Assembly (NCBI GenBank): GCA_017615655.1
Contig: JAFZZS010000007.1
Coordinates: 59,463-123,462 of the forward strand
Source of the DNA: Alphaproteobacteria bacterium
GTDB lineage: Bacteria; Pseudomonadota; Alphaproteobacteria; Rs-D84
Direction of reading: 5' to 3'
Length of the DNA: 64,000 nt
Shown: in pieces, positions 48,568 to 60,709 of the stretch
Layout: every line of letters begins with the position of its first letter
Numbering within the stretch: the first letter of the stretch is position 1
The notes under the pieces: generated by a model
The model's input: only the letters and a program-made list of their open reading frames with translations
Told to the model about the DNA's origin: nothing
The model's database searches: none
Translations under genes and position numbers: made by a program

Positions 48568-49434
48568 ATGAAGAAATTGGTATCTCTTGCGGTATTAACC
48601 GCTTTGCTTGCGGCGTGTGCGGAAACGACACAGTCCACAGGTTCTAATTATGGTTCAGATGGTTTCGGCGAAGAAACACTAGCAACCGAAAATTTGAATG
48701 ATGCTTATTTGTTGGCGCCGGCACCCCGGTATTATATCGGTAACGCATACAAGGTGGAAGATGTTCAGTATATTCCTACTGAAGATTTTTCATATAACCA
48801 AACTGGTATGGCGGGCATAATTCCAACGGAATTAAACGGAACGAAAACAAGTAACGGCGAAGTTTACAATATGAATCAAATGGTCGCAACCAGCAAGACA
48901 TTGCCTTTGCCAACTATTGCTAAGGTTACAAACCTGGAAAATGGTGAAGATGTTATTGTCCGTGTAAATAATCGCGGTCCATTTGTTAATACTAGAATAA
49001 TGGATTTGTCTGCAGCAGCGGCACAGAAAATCGGTTTAACAAACCAATCCAAAGTTCAGATTCAAGTTTTACCAGAACAGTCTATCGCGGTAAAGAATGC
49101 GACACTTGGTGCAAAAGAAGTAACTAATGCTTCTGCAACCGAGGAACCGGCGGTTCAAGAAGAACCAAAACCGGCACCAGTTGCAACACCAACCGGTGAT
49201 TACAGTGTCCAGGTTGCGGCATTTTATGCCGAAGACAGTGCAAATTCATTGCTTGCTCGTATGCGCAACTATGGTGATGCAGTCGTTGTTAAAGAAGGCG
49301 ATATGTTCAAGGTTCGTATAGTCAATCTTGATGCCCCATCGGCACGCCGTGTGATTGATACATTACGCAGTAACGAAGGCATGGCCCCAGGTCTGTTAAA
49401 GAACGGTCGCTGGATAAATGCGGACAGCATTTAA
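48568..49434 (+). CDS. rlpA: septal ring lytic transglycosylase RlpA family lipoprotein with C-terminal SPOR domain
   Basis: Lipobox LLAACAE; DPBB core VRVNNRGPFVNTRIMDLSAAAAQKIG; C-terminal SPOR YSVQVAAFYAEDSANSL. Confidence 0.8.
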   Translation: MKKLVSLAVLTALLAACAETTQSTGSNYGSDGFGEETLATENLNDAYLLAPAPRYYIGNAYKVEDVQYIPTEDFSYNQTGMAGIIPTELNGTKTSNGEVYNMNQMVATSKTLPLPTIAKVTNLENGEDVIVRVNNRGPFVNTRIMDLSAAAAQKIGLTNQSKVQIQVLPEQSIAVKNATLGAKEVTNASATEEPAVQEEPKPAPVATPTGDYSVQVAAFYAEDSANSLLARMRNYGDAVVVKEGDMFKVRIVNLDAPSARRVIDTLRSNEGMAPGLLKNGRWINADSI

Positions 49435-49467
49435 TAAAATTTCTTATGCTTGTGTGTAACTCCTAAA

Positions 49468-49488
49468 AAAATCCCCGAAATGTCGGGG
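49468..49488. terminator. bidirectional terminator hairpin
   Basis: atccccgaaatgtcggggat flanked by A/T runs between convergent rlpA and the deaminase gene. Confidence 0.65.
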
Positions 49489-49495
49489 ATTCTTA

Positions 49496-50074
49496 TTAGC
49501 GTGAATTATTGTTTACACCAAGTGATTTGTATTTGACACCAGCCTCGTTGAACATATCAAACGATATTTGCAAATCATCGCGCCATCCAGCAATTTTTTG
49601 TGTTTTATCTGTGGGCATATCAAGGTAAAATACTTCTTTGATACCACTTTGAATAATACCACGTGCGCAATCAGGACATGGTGGGAATGTAACGTACATT
49701 ACGCAATCTCGACAAGAGGTACCAAATAAAGTCGCATTGAAAATAGAATTGCGTTCTGCGTGTTCGGTGTATTTATATTTGGCCGGGCGTTCATGGCGTT
49801 CTTCGATAGATTCATTAACGCCACGCGGAAAACCGTTATAACCTGTGGATCTTATTTCGCCGTACGGTCCTACTATAACACATCCAACCTTGGTGCTGGT
49901 ATCTTTGGACCAGGTCGCGATCAATTTCGCGACGTCCATAAATCTACAATTCCACTTATCCGAGAATGAAAACCCTTTTTTTTCTACCATATTGTACCAC
50001 CTTTGGTTTGTTTTACATCCTCTCTTGGATAATAATTTACAATAATCGTTAGAATTTTCAAGTTTTTTGTTCAC
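49496..50074 (-). CDS. dCMP deaminase (ComEB-like cytidine/deoxycytidylate deaminase family)
   Basis: HAERNSI (HAE zinc ligand plus Glu) and PCPDCA zinc motifs. Confidence 0.8.
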   Translation of the reverse strand: MNKKLENSNDYCKLLSKRGCKTNQRWYNMVEKKGFSFSDKWNCRFMDVAKLIATWSKDTSTKVGCVIVGPYGEIRSTGYNGFPRGVNESIEERHERPAKYKYTEHAERNSIFNATLFGTSCRDCVMYVTFPPCPDCARGIIQSGIKEVFYLDMPTDKTQKIAGWRDDLQISFDMFNEAGVKYKSLGVNNNSR

Positions 50075-50104
50075 TTTTGAAATATGTGTGCTATCGTATT
50101 CGTT

Positions 50105-50998
50105 ATGAACAAGACGTATTCTGGATTTATTGCCATTGTTGGTCCGACAAATGCCGGCAAAAGCACCCTAATGAATCAAATCATGGGGCGCAAGGTTTCT
50201 ATTGTTTCACACAAGGTACAAACCACGCGAACCAATCTGCGTGCGATAAAGATGGTCGGCACGCGGCAGTTAATTTTTGTCGACACCCCGGGTATATTTC
50301 GTGCCGCGCGTCGTTTAGACAGGGCAATGGTCGGTGCGGCAATGGATGCGTTATCGGATGCTGATGCGGTTTTGCTTATCATTGATGCTTCAAAGGGTAT
50401 AACGGATACAGTGCGCGGAATTATCAATAAAATTCGTGATAGCAAGAATTTGTTCGTCGCACTAAACAAGACAGATTCTATTAAAAAGGCTGATTTATTA
50501 CCAATCGCGGCAGAGTTGAATGGGTTGGCAGATTTCCGTGAAATATTCATGATTTCCGCAATGAAAAATGACGGAATCACAGAAATGTTAGCATCTTTGG
50601 CAGATGTTATGCCGGAGTCGCCATATCTATTTGATGCAAAAGATGCCACAGATGTTCCGGATAATTTGTATCTGGCGGAATTAACACGCGAAAAAATATA
50701 TAAGTTTATTCACCAAGAATTACCTTATCATATAAATGTTGTAACCGAACGTGTTGATGTTGATGACGCAGGTGTTTTGGATATCTATCAAAAAATTGTT
50801 GTTCAAAGTGATGCGCACAAAAAGATAGTCGTTGGTCGTGGTGGTGCACAGTTAAAGAAAATAGGAACCGCCGCACGCCATGATATCCAAGATCAATGGG
50901 GTGTAAGCGCCCGTTTGCATCTGTTTGTTCGTGTAGAAGAAAACTGGGAAGACATTGCGGAAAATTACACCGACCAAGGATTAGAGTTTAAAAAATAA
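50105..50998 (+). CDS. era: GTPase Era
   Basis: G1 AIVGPTNAGKSTLMN; G3 DTPG; G4 NKTD; C-terminal KH domain VVGRGGAQLKKIG. Confidence 0.93.
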   Translation: MNKTYSGFIAIVGPTNAGKSTLMNQIMGRKVSIVSHKVQTTRTNLRAIKMVGTRQLIFVDTPGIFRAARRLDRAMVGAAMDALSDADAVLLIIDASKGITDTVRGIINKIRDSKNLFVALNKTDSIKKADLLPIAAELNGLADFREIFMISAMKNDGITEMLASLADVMPESPYLFDAKDATDVPDNLYLAELTREKIYKFIHQELPYHINVVTERVDVDDAGVLDIYQKIVVQSDAHKKIVVGRGGAQLKKIGTAARHDIQDQWGVSARLHLFVRVEENWEDIAENYTDQGLEFKK

Positions 50999-51008
50999 AG
51001 GTTAAATT

Positions 51009-51419
51009 ATGAAAATTAATCGAAATATCAGGATTCACCCTGTATTTGCTATGTTGTGTACCTTACCATTTTTTGTTGCGTGCACAAGTGAATTTGAATA
51101 TAAAACAGTAGTAAAAAAAGTTGATGTTAATAAAAAGGTTGTTTTAGTAAAGGATGCAAAAACAAAAAAGCCAAAATTACTCGATTTTTCGCTGTGTCGT
51201 CGTAATGGGACCAATTTTGTGCCATTTGAATACTTTGAACCAGGTGATACAATTGATGTGTTAATTAAGGGTATAAATGGTACTTTCTATGATGACCATC
51301 AGGTTTTATATGTTTCCGACAAAGATATAACGTTGAATTACAATAACGATACATTGCTTGCGCGTGTATGGCGTAACCCATTAAAAAATGTAAAGTGCGC
51401 TGGTACGAAAAAAAGATAA
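51009..51419 (+). CDS. hypothetical lipoprotein
   Basis: Signal/lipobox LPFFVACTS; 136 aa. Confidence 0.4.
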   Translation: MKINRNIRIHPVFAMLCTLPFFVACTSEFEYKTVVKKVDVNKKVVLVKDAKTKKPKLLDFSLCRRNGTNFVPFEYFEPGDTIDVLIKGINGTFYDDHQVLYVSDKDITLNYNNDTLLARVWRNPLKNVKCAGTKKR

Positions 51420-52431
51420 ATGTTACATACATCAGATTTTGATTTTGATCTGCCAATTGATTTAATTGCGTCACATCCACTAACACGTCGCGATGCGTCA
51501 CGCATGTTGGTTGTTACGAATAATGGGGTGCATGACGAACATATTCGGGATTTTTTGGATTATTTGCACCCGGGGGATGTAGTTATATTTAACAATTCGC
51601 GGGTTATCCCGGCGCGTTTTGATGCAGATGGTCATGAAATAACATTGCATACGGCTGTTGATGACAAGAATTGGTGGGGCTTGTGTAAAAAATTTAACAA
51701 GGTAAACATTGGCGATACATTGACAATGGCTGATGGAACAACTATTACCGTTATGGGTAAAGATGATGAAAGCGGCCTGTTATTACGATTTAATTGTGAT
51801 AATGTTTTTGATGTATTAAATCGTGTGGGTAAAATGCCTTTGCCACCATATATGAAACGCGAAGCAGAACAGGAAGATCAGACACGCTATCAAACAGTTT
51901 ATGCTGAACCTTTAGGTTCAATGGCTGCACCTACTGCAGGATTGCATTTTACTGATGAACTAATGCACGAAATAGAGAAACGTGGCGCCAAAATAGTTAA
52001 AATTACATTACATGTTGGCGCGGGGACATGGATGCCGGTTAAAACAGAAAACTTGAATGAGCACAAAATGCACAGTGAATGGTGTTGTATTACGCCAGAA
52101 CAGGCGGAAATTATAAATAACGCTGCGCGTGTAATTGCGGTTGGAACGACTTCGTTGCGAACGCTGGAAAGTGCCGCGTGTAATGCTAAATCAGGTATGC
52201 GTGTTGCGCCAATTTGCCAAACAACCGATATATTTATTACGCCTGGATATAAGTTCCGCGTGGTTGATGTATTGCTGACAAATTTTCATTTGCCAAAATC
52301 AACATTGTTTATGTTGGTGTCGGCATTCAGTGGTTTAAATGAAATGAAAGCCGCATATGCCCATGCTGTCGCTGAAAAATACAGATTTTTCAGTTATGGC
52401 GATTGCTGTCTGTTATTTAAAAAGGAAAATA

Positions 52432-52439
<8 letters not shown>
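51420..52439 (+). CDS. queA: S-adenosylmethionine:tRNA ribosyltransferase-isomerase QueA
   Basis: N-terminal FDFDLPIDLIASHPLTRRDASRMLVV; 339 aa. Confidence 0.92.
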
Positions 52440-53942
<1,503 letters not shown>

Positions 53943-54005
53943 ATTGTCTGTTGATTTTATTTTTGAAATGTTAAAGAATCAATACATCAACAGAAAGGGG
54001 AAAAA

Positions 54006-54353
54006 GTGGTAGACGAGGAAAAAAGCAAGAAAACATACTTTTTGATGGCCTTTTTGGATGCTGTTTTGGTATTTGTACTGATACATGCTTTCATGTGTTC
54101 TGGTTTTGTTTATGGTGGCTGCTTGTGCCCAATGGACGTTGATATAGAATGCAGTTGCCGTACATTTTCACTCTTTACGAAATGTTTTTTTAGCTTTAAT
54201 TATCATCACAATCTACTGATTCCGTTGATTCCGAGTATATGCGTTTTTGTTTTACTGATGCCGAAATTTAAATATTCTAAATTGATAAAATGGATATCAG
54301 CAGCAATTTTAATATCCGTTGTTTTCATCTTTTTAATTATGCTGATAAAGTAG
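54006..54353 (+). CDS. small polytopic membrane protein, Cys-rich
   Basis: 115 aa; 3 hydrophobic segments; unusual start context; low confidence. Confidence 0.3.
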   Translation: MVDEEKSKKTYFLMAFLDAVLVFVLIHAFMCSGFVYGGCLCPMDVDIECSCRTFSLFTKCFFSFNYHHNLLIPLIPSICVFVLLMPKFKYSKLIKWISAAILISVVFIFLIMLIK

Positions 54354-54380
54354 ACATATTTAACAAAAAAAGGAACTAAC

Positions 54381-55364
54381 ATGGCAAAGAAAGAAATAGA
54401 AGTAATCGATCGCGGTGGTGCAAAAACTGTCGCAAAAAAGACATCCGTTGTTACGCATGCAAAACGGATTTTTTTAATAGTCAGTGTTCTGTGGTTAGCA
54501 TTTGTTGCCTGGGCACCATTATATGTGAAAAATCATTATGCAGGCCCAATTAAAAAATCAATTGTTGTGTCAATGTTCTTTGATTTGCAACGCAGTATTG
54601 CGGAGCAATATGAAAAATTGCTTGCTGGTATCAAGAAATCAATCAATCTTGAAAAGCCGGTCGGTATTGCTATTGAAAAGGTAAAAATTGTTGAAAAACA
54701 GGTCGATAAAGTAACCGATACCACCGCCAAGGCCAAGGATACCACCGCCAAGGCAAGCGAAACGACCGCGGGAGTCAAAGGCTTAACTGGACTTGCCAAC
54801 AAATTTGGAATCAAAACTGGTGCGGTTGATAATGTCGTTGACAAGGCTGATTCCGCAATCGGAAAAGCAAATTCTGCTGTGGACAAGGTTGATAATGTTG
54901 CCAAGATGGTAAATGAAAAATTGGATACCGCAGAAAAAGAACTGGTACGCCTTAGTCAGATTGAGGTAGACAAGGTTATAGATGATGCGATTAAAAGTCA
55001 GTTAGATAAAAGTTCTGGCGGTCTTGGGACGACACTATTAACAAACTATGGAATAAAGCATGTTTATCCATGGCGTCCATCTTCGTGGCCAGTTGCCGTT
55101 AAAATTTACAATGATTTGGAAAAATCTAATGTCGGCGTAGTGCAAATTTTGACCCGAACAGTGAACAAGTATTTTGGTTATGTTGCGTGGGGATTGGTAA
55201 TTGCGGCATGGGCATTGGGACTTTATATCTGGTCAATGATATATGGCAAATACAAGGCCGCGATTGCATCATTTATCGTATGCCCGCGTTGTGGTCATGC
55301 CTTTGCGGACAAACGTACCGCGATGAGTATGCTAAAATTATTACAACCTTGGAAATGGTTTTAA
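54381..55364 (+). CDS. membrane protein with repetitive coiled-coil domain
   Basis: TM near N-terminus and a TM pair near the C-terminus; repeated VDKA/TTAKAKDTTAKA motifs; C-terminal CPRCGH zinc-ribbon-like. Confidence 0.4.
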   Translation: MAKKEIEVIDRGGAKTVAKKTSVVTHAKRIFLIVSVLWLAFVAWAPLYVKNHYAGPIKKSIVVSMFFDLQRSIAEQYEKLLAGIKKSINLEKPVGIAIEKVKIVEKQVDKVTDTTAKAKDTTAKASETTAGVKGLTGLANKFGIKTGAVDNVVDKADSAIGKANSAVDKVDNVAKMVNEKLDTAEKELVRLSQIEVDKVIDDAIKSQLDKSSGGLGTTLLTNYGIKHVYPWRPSSWPVAVKIYNDLEKSNVGVVQILTRTVNKYFGYVAWGLVIAAWALGLYIWSMIYGKYKAAIASFIVCPRCGHAFADKRTAMSMLKLLQPWKWF

Positions 55365-55455
55365 ACAAAGAAAACGCTCCATTTGGGGCGTTTTTTATAA
55401 AGTTTATTTTTTGCTTGCAAAATGGTTTTTGGTATGTAAAAATACCCCATGCAAT

Positions 55456-55532
55456 GCGAGCGTAGCTCAGTTGGCTAGAGCGCAACCTTGCCAAGGTTGA
55501 GGTCGAGGGTTCGAGCCCCTTTGCTCGCACCA
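55456..55532 (+). tRNA. tRNA-Gly (anticodon GCC)
   Basis: Cloverleaf: acceptor GCGAGCG/TGCTCGC; anticodon stem CAACC/GGTTG with loop TTGCCAA; T-loop TTCGAGC; CCA encoded. Confidence 0.88.
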
Positions 55533-55539
55533 GAAATTA

Positions 55540-55568
55540 TCAAAGCGCACCTAATGGTGCGCTTTTGA
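55540..55568. terminator. bidirectional rho-independent terminator
   Basis: aaagcgcacc-taat-ggtgcgctttt between the tRNA and the convergent 473-aa gene. Confidence 0.8.
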
Positions 55569-55569
55569 A

Positions 55570-56991
55570 TTACATGTTGTTTCCAAATGGATGCATTAAA
55601 TTAAATATAGCGTTTTCATAATTTGGTTCTGGTTGCCAGCCACCTTTCGTTTTATGCCATTTTTTACCTTTCTCTATCAAATCTTGCAACATCTGACATA
55701 ACAATGGGTATTTCGGATTTTGTTTCAGTTCTTCCAGAGCCTTGGCACATTCTTGGGCTAATCTGTTGGAATTGCGACGCAATACTATGTCCAGGTATGG
55801 ATTGTATCCCTGTATTCCTTCTTTTTCTAATTTATCTGCATAGGCTAAATCTTTTTGCCAACTTTCTTCGTTCCCAAAATTGGGATCGCCTGGGTATTTT
55901 TGTGCCATTTCCCGATAGTTATCAACATCCCATCTGATGAATCGAATTTTCTGTGCCATGTATTCTTCGTGAAATCTGTATACACTTAGTGGCGTGCCAT
56001 CTAGAATCACCGCGGCAAATGCCTTTGTATGTGAACTATGCATAATAAATTCGTAAATATCGCCAATATCCCCCGTTTTACATACAGTAACAAACCCCAA
56101 ACCTGAAACCCCGATGTCTTCGAATTCTTTTTCCATCGAACCACTATGACCTTTGTTTCCGCTATTACCACGTATTCCTTGGGTACGTGCGGTTTTGGCG
56201 ACAGTTGCGGATATGTTATCCTCGTGCGAGTGAACATATTCATAACCCATTGCTTTCATTGTTTTGCGCACCACAAATTCACGCAAAAACATTGTCAATA
56301 TCATCATTCGTGTTTCTTCCAAAAGCCCGTGCAGAAAAAGATGTTTATCACCTGCGGCATCATAGGCTTTTTTTACATATTCGTCTTGCAACAATGTCTT
56401 TAACTCAAATTCTGGTAAATCACATTTATCATACTTGTCATATAATTCACGATCAGGTGATTTAACGTGGGATAAAATTATTTTGATTTCGTCATCTGTG
56501 AAATTGTCGGTCTTATACGTTGATACATTTTCACCGATACTAAATAATGTATCATTATTTGGTCTGACGATACGTGCATTTTTTGGCAAAATAAGACCTG
56601 TATCCGGATTTGGCACAAAGTATGTATCCTCGCTTGCAACTTCTTGGGGATTGCCATTTATTTTTACCGTGTCTTCATAGGGAGTTAATATAACAAACGG
56701 TGCATCATCCCAATTACCCCCCATATGACTGCTAACAATTTGATTCAATGTAAAATGAACGGTTGCACGTGCATATTTATACCCCGTCGCCGCCCCAGTA
56801 GTTTCAATATACATTTGACTATTTCTGTTGCGTTTGGGTTTATACTTTGTTGCATGGACACAAATCCAGTTTTCCGTATTTGACATAGGTGGTGTATACC
56901 GGGTAGAAAAGCCACCCCAATGCGAATCTGTCATATCTGCAATTGCTCGTTCATAGTCATCAATTTTTGCCATGTTGTCCACCATGTTCAA
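55570..56991 (-). CDS. hypothetical protein (473 aa), candidate secreted effector
   Basis: No recognisable motif; no signal peptide; adjacent to a tRNA gene. Confidence 0.45.
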   Translation of the reverse strand: MNMVDNMAKIDDYERAIADMTDSHWGGFSTRYTPPMSNTENWICVHATKYKPKRNRNSQMYIETTGAATGYKYARATVHFTLNQIVSSHMGGNWDDAPFVILTPYEDTVKINGNPQEVASEDTYFVPNPDTGLILPKNARIVRPNNDTLFSIGENVSTYKTDNFTDDEIKIILSHVKSPDRELYDKYDKCDLPEFELKTLLQDEYVKKAYDAAGDKHLFLHGLLEETRMMILTMFLREFVVRKTMKAMGYEYVHSHEDNISATVAKTARTQGIRGNSGNKGHSGSMEKEFEDIGVSGLGFVTVCKTGDIGDIYEFIMHSSHTKAFAAVILDGTPLSVYRFHEEYMAQKIRFIRWDVDNYREMAQKYPGDPNFGNEESWQKDLAYADKLEKEGIQGYNPYLDIVLRRNSNRLAQECAKALEELKQNPKYPLLCQMLQDLIEKGKKWHKTKGGWQPEPNYENAIFNLMHPFGNNM

Positions 56992-57115
56992 CTAGTTTTA
57001 GTATATCATGTTTTAAAGGGCAAAACAATTTAAATCGTGTGTAACGATGAAACAAGAAACTCCTTGAATTTTGAAGATTTATCTGCTTATAATGACCAGA
57101 CAAAGAAGGATTACG

Positions 57116-58225
57116 ATGACACAAATTTTATCTGAAACTTACCTGGATTATTCCGATATTTTGATTCGACCAAAAATGGGTATAAATCTGAATTCACGTA
57201 AAGATGTAAACTTACAACGCGTTTTTAAATTTAAACATGGGCAAACCCGCACAGGTCTTGGGGTTTTTAACGCAAATATGGCAACAGTGGGTAATTTTGT
57301 TATCGCAAAAAAATTGTTGGCGCGTGGTATGTTTGCAACCATACATAAACATTACAGTGTTACAGAAATAGGCGATTTTTTTGAATCTTGTCGTCAACAA
57401 AATGTGCCAATTGATAATTTGTTCATAACAATCGGATTAAAAAATGCTGATGCAGAAATACAAAAATTAAAAGAATTAGAGTCTAAATATAAATGGTCAA
57501 CTACGCGCAATATATGTATTGATGCGCCGAATTTTTATATTCAAAAAGCGTTGGATGTTTTGTCACGCGTCCGTCACGAATTTCCAGATAGCGTAATTAT
57601 GGCAGGAAATATTGCAAGTGGTGACATTTGTCTGAAATTGTTGGACTATGCAGACATTATAAAATGTGGCATCGGCAGTGGGTCCGCATGTTTAACACGT
57701 CGCCAAACTGGGTGCGGAACGCCAATGGTATCGCTTGTTTTGGAATGTGCAGATATCGCGCATTCGGTAAATGGACATATTTGTGCCGATGGCGGAATTG
57801 TTGATGTTGGTGATATCTGCAAAGCATTGTGTTTGAATTCCGATTTCGTTATGGCGGGCGGAATGTTTGCAGGTACCGACGAAGCCGAAGGCGACATCAT
57901 AGAAAAACAGTTTGAAACTAATGAAATTGTTAATGGCCAGCGTGTTATTCAAACCAAATATTTCAAGTCATATTATGGTATGTCATCCGAATACGCAAAT
58001 AACAAATTTGCGGGTGGCATGTCCGACTATAAAACATCCGAAGGACGCGAACTGCTGATTCCCTATACGGGTTCATTGGACAAGATTTTACAGGATATTA
58101 CTGGCGGAATAGCATCATGTTGCACATACATTGGCGCGACATCGGTTAAACATCTGTCGAAATGTGCGACGATAATTCAGGTTCACAATCAATTAAACAA
58201 AGTTTTTGAAAAGTATACAGTGTAA
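57116..58225 (+). CDS. guaC: GMP reductase
   Basis: Near-colinear with E. coli GuaC: DILIRPK; FKFKHGQ; HKHYSV; GIGSGSACLTR; YFKSYYGMSSE; SCCTYIGA. Probable start MTQILSETYLDY at 57116. Confidence 0.9.
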   Translation: MTQILSETYLDYSDILIRPKMGINLNSRKDVNLQRVFKFKHGQTRTGLGVFNANMATVGNFVIAKKLLARGMFATIHKHYSVTEIGDFFESCRQQNVPIDNLFITIGLKNADAEIQKLKELESKYKWSTTRNICIDAPNFYIQKALDVLSRVRHEFPDSVIMAGNIASGDICLKLLDYADIIKCGIGSGSACLTRRQTGCGTPMVSLVLECADIAHSVNGHICADGGIVDVGDICKALCLNSDFVMAGGMFAGTDEAEGDIIEKQFETNEIVNGQRVIQTKYFKSYYGMSSEYANNKFAGGMSDYKTSEGRELLIPYTGSLDKILQDITGGIASCCTYIGATSVKHLSKCATIIQVHNQLNKVFEKYTV

Positions 58226-58428
58226 TCCGACTATGACGGCTTCTAGCGCACACGTTCTTGGCGTTTTGCAAAGGCAAGAAGTTCAGTGCGATAGTTTTTC
58301 ATTGACTGTTCGTTCACGAATTTTACAACCTGCACATATCCGCTTGTCATAAGAAGTTCAAGAATCCATTTTCCTTCTTGTTCATCAAATTTTTGCGATT
58401 GTATCTCTTTAAACATTTTTGAACCCTT

Positions 58429-58983
58429 CTATTTTATAACCCCACGTTTTTTTAATGCCATCATTAATGTAGGATAATATTCTGTGCGTCCACGCAGGTG
58501 ATGATTATATGCCGTATCTTCGTTTGAAATCATAACAATATCAATATTATTATCTAAACAACTGGCTACTACACTTGGTGAATCATCAAAGCATAAATCT
58601 ATATTGTGCTTTTTAAGTGCATTAATTTTTGGCGTACAATTTACAACGCGTGTCTTGTCGCAGATTATTCCTGCATTTTTTAATTGCCCCCAATCATCAC
58701 CATCAGGACGTTCCGTGATATAAAAAAGCATATATTTTGGATCATTATATATTGTATTTAATGCGGCGGGAATTTGACCATCAAAAAGACTAGTAGAATA
58801 AATTGCATCAGAATGCAACATATCGTATAACGCATCCGCTACAGGTTCTGGATAAGAATTTTGGTATACATCATATGATACTGGCGGGGTGTACCTGCAA
58901 TTGAGTTTTTCTATTGTGGCGCGATATTTCTCGGCCAGATTAAAAATAGTATTATCTAAATCAATTGCAATTCGTGTCTGCAT
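58429..58983 (-). CDS. HAD-superfamily hydrolase, putative 5'(3')-deoxyribonucleotidase
   Basis: Motif I IAIDLDNTI (DxDxT); 184 aa; NT5C-like length. Confidence 0.45.
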   Translation of the reverse strand: MQTRIAIDLDNTIFNLAEKYRATIEKLNCRYTPPVSYDVYQNSYPEPVADALYDMLHSDAIYSTSLFDGQIPAALNTIYNDPKYMLFYITERPDGDDWGQLKNAGIICDKTRVVNCTPKINALKKHNIDLCFDDSPSVVASCLDNNIDIVMISNEDTAYNHHLRGRTEYYPTLMMALKKRGVIK

Positions 58984-59228
58984 ATGTAACCCTTTGTTTG
59001 TGGTATTATAATTACGAAAATTGTCATAATCAAATAATTTTGGTGTTTTGTAATAATTGCTTTGACATTTGGGATAAAAACTTGCATAATACGGGCGTGC
59101 AAAGACGGCACCAGGTAATAAAATGGTACAAAATACTAAGAAATCTTTATCATGATGGTGCGACCATAAAGCAATTTACGGGCGCACCTTTGTGGTGCCC
59201 CGTTTTTTTAAAAACAAAAGGAAAAATT

Positions 59229-60695
59229 ATGTCAGAAAATACATCTATGTCCACAAACGAACTAACGGCACGTCTGCAAAAGGCAGAAAATATCCGTGCG
59301 CGTGACGGGGTTGTATGGAAAGACAAATTTGACCGCACACATACAATTGAATCTGCACGTGAATTAGCGGATGGAACACCTGTTCGCCTTTGTGGGCGTA
59401 TAACTGCGTTGCGTTGGCTGGGTAAGTTGATGTTTGGCCGTATTTATGACATAAATGGCGAAATTCAATTCTCTATGTCGCGCGAAGAATTAGGCGAAGA
59501 AAACTATAAATTTATGAAAACCAATGTCGATATGGGCGATTTTATTGGTATTACTGGCGAGCTTTATCATACAACCGCAGGTGAATTAACCGTCCGGGTT
59601 GCTAAATATGATATTTTGGCCAAGGCGCTGCGTCCGTTACCCGAAAAGTTTCATGGACTTACAGATATGGAAACCCGTTATCGTCAACGTTACCTTGATA
59701 TAATATCTAATCCTGATGCACGTAATGCTCTACTTGGGCGTTTCAAAATGACCCAGCATTTGCGTGAGTTTATGAATGATAATGGATTTTTGGAAATTGA
59801 AACCCCTATTATGCAAAATATTGCATCGGGGGCGGCGGCGCGACCATTTACAACTCATCACAATGCATTAAACGCGGATTTCCAATTACGTATTTCACCG
59901 GAATTGTTCTTAAAGGAAGCTATTGGTGCCGGTTTTGACAGGGTCTACGAGGTTGCCAAAGATTTTCGTAACGAGGGTATGGATGCAATGCACCTGCAAG
60001 AGTTTACAATGATTGAATGGTACGCAGCATATTGGGACTATAAACGTAATATTCAATTCACATGGGATTTGGTTCAAAATTTGATTAAGCGGGCACGTGG
60101 CACATTGCAGATTGAATATCAAGGCACTAAACTGGATTTTAGTAAATATGAAATGATGGATTACACAGCAAAAATGAATGAATTATTCGGCTGTAACATT
60201 TTAGATTTTGATGATGTAAATGTTTTACGTCAAAAATTGGTGGACGAAGGTATGTTCCCAATGTCTGAATTAGAAGATTTGAAATCTTTGGCAACTTTGG
60301 TCGATTACGTGTACAAGCGTAAAATCCGTGGCAGTATTGTTCAGCCAACATTCCTGTACAATTATCCAACATATATGGTACCATTAGCGCGTCGTAATGA
60401 CGAAGATGTGCGTCGCCTGGATATGTATCAATTGTTGGTATGTGGTGGTGAATTGTGTAAGGGATATTCTGAATTGGTTAACCCAATTCAACAACTAGCC
60501 GCATTCGAAGAGCAGGCACGCGATATCGCAAACGGCGAAGAGGAGGCATTTAATCCTGATAATGATTTTGTTCGTGCGATGGAACATGGTTTTCCGCCAA
60601 TTTCTGGCGTTGGAATGGGAATAGATCGTTTGACAATGATTGTATTTGATCAGCCGACTGCACGTGATGTTGTGTTATTCCCAATTATGAAGTAA
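59229..60695 (+). CDS. lysS: lysine--tRNA ligase (class II)
   Basis: N-terminal OB anticodon-binding domain; motif 2 FRNEG; HLQEFTMIEWY; motif 3 GMGIDRL. Start MSENTSMSTNELTARLQ. Confidence 0.93.
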   Translation: MSENTSMSTNELTARLQKAENIRARDGVVWKDKFDRTHTIESARELADGTPVRLCGRITALRWLGKLMFGRIYDINGEIQFSMSREELGEENYKFMKTNVDMGDFIGITGELYHTTAGELTVRVAKYDILAKALRPLPEKFHGLTDMETRYRQRYLDIISNPDARNALLGRFKMTQHLREFMNDNGFLEIETPIMQNIASGAAARPFTTHHNALNADFQLRISPELFLKEAIGAGFDRVYEVAKDFRNEGMDAMHLQEFTMIEWYAAYWDYKRNIQFTWDLVQNLIKRARGTLQIEYQGTKLDFSKYEMMDYTAKMNELFGCNILDFDDVNVLRQKLVDEGMFPMSELEDLKSLATLVDYVYKRKIRGSIVQPTFLYNYPTYMVPLARRNDEDVRRLDMYQLLVCGGELCKGYSELVNPIQQLAAFEEQARDIANGEEEAFNPDNDFVRAMEHGFPPISGVGMGIDRLTMIVFDQPTARDVVLFPIMK

Positions 60696-60709
60696 AAAGG
60701 AATATAATT

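Noticed and set aside
55273-55530. 85-aa minus-strand ORF
   Set aside because: Overlaps tRNA-Gly.
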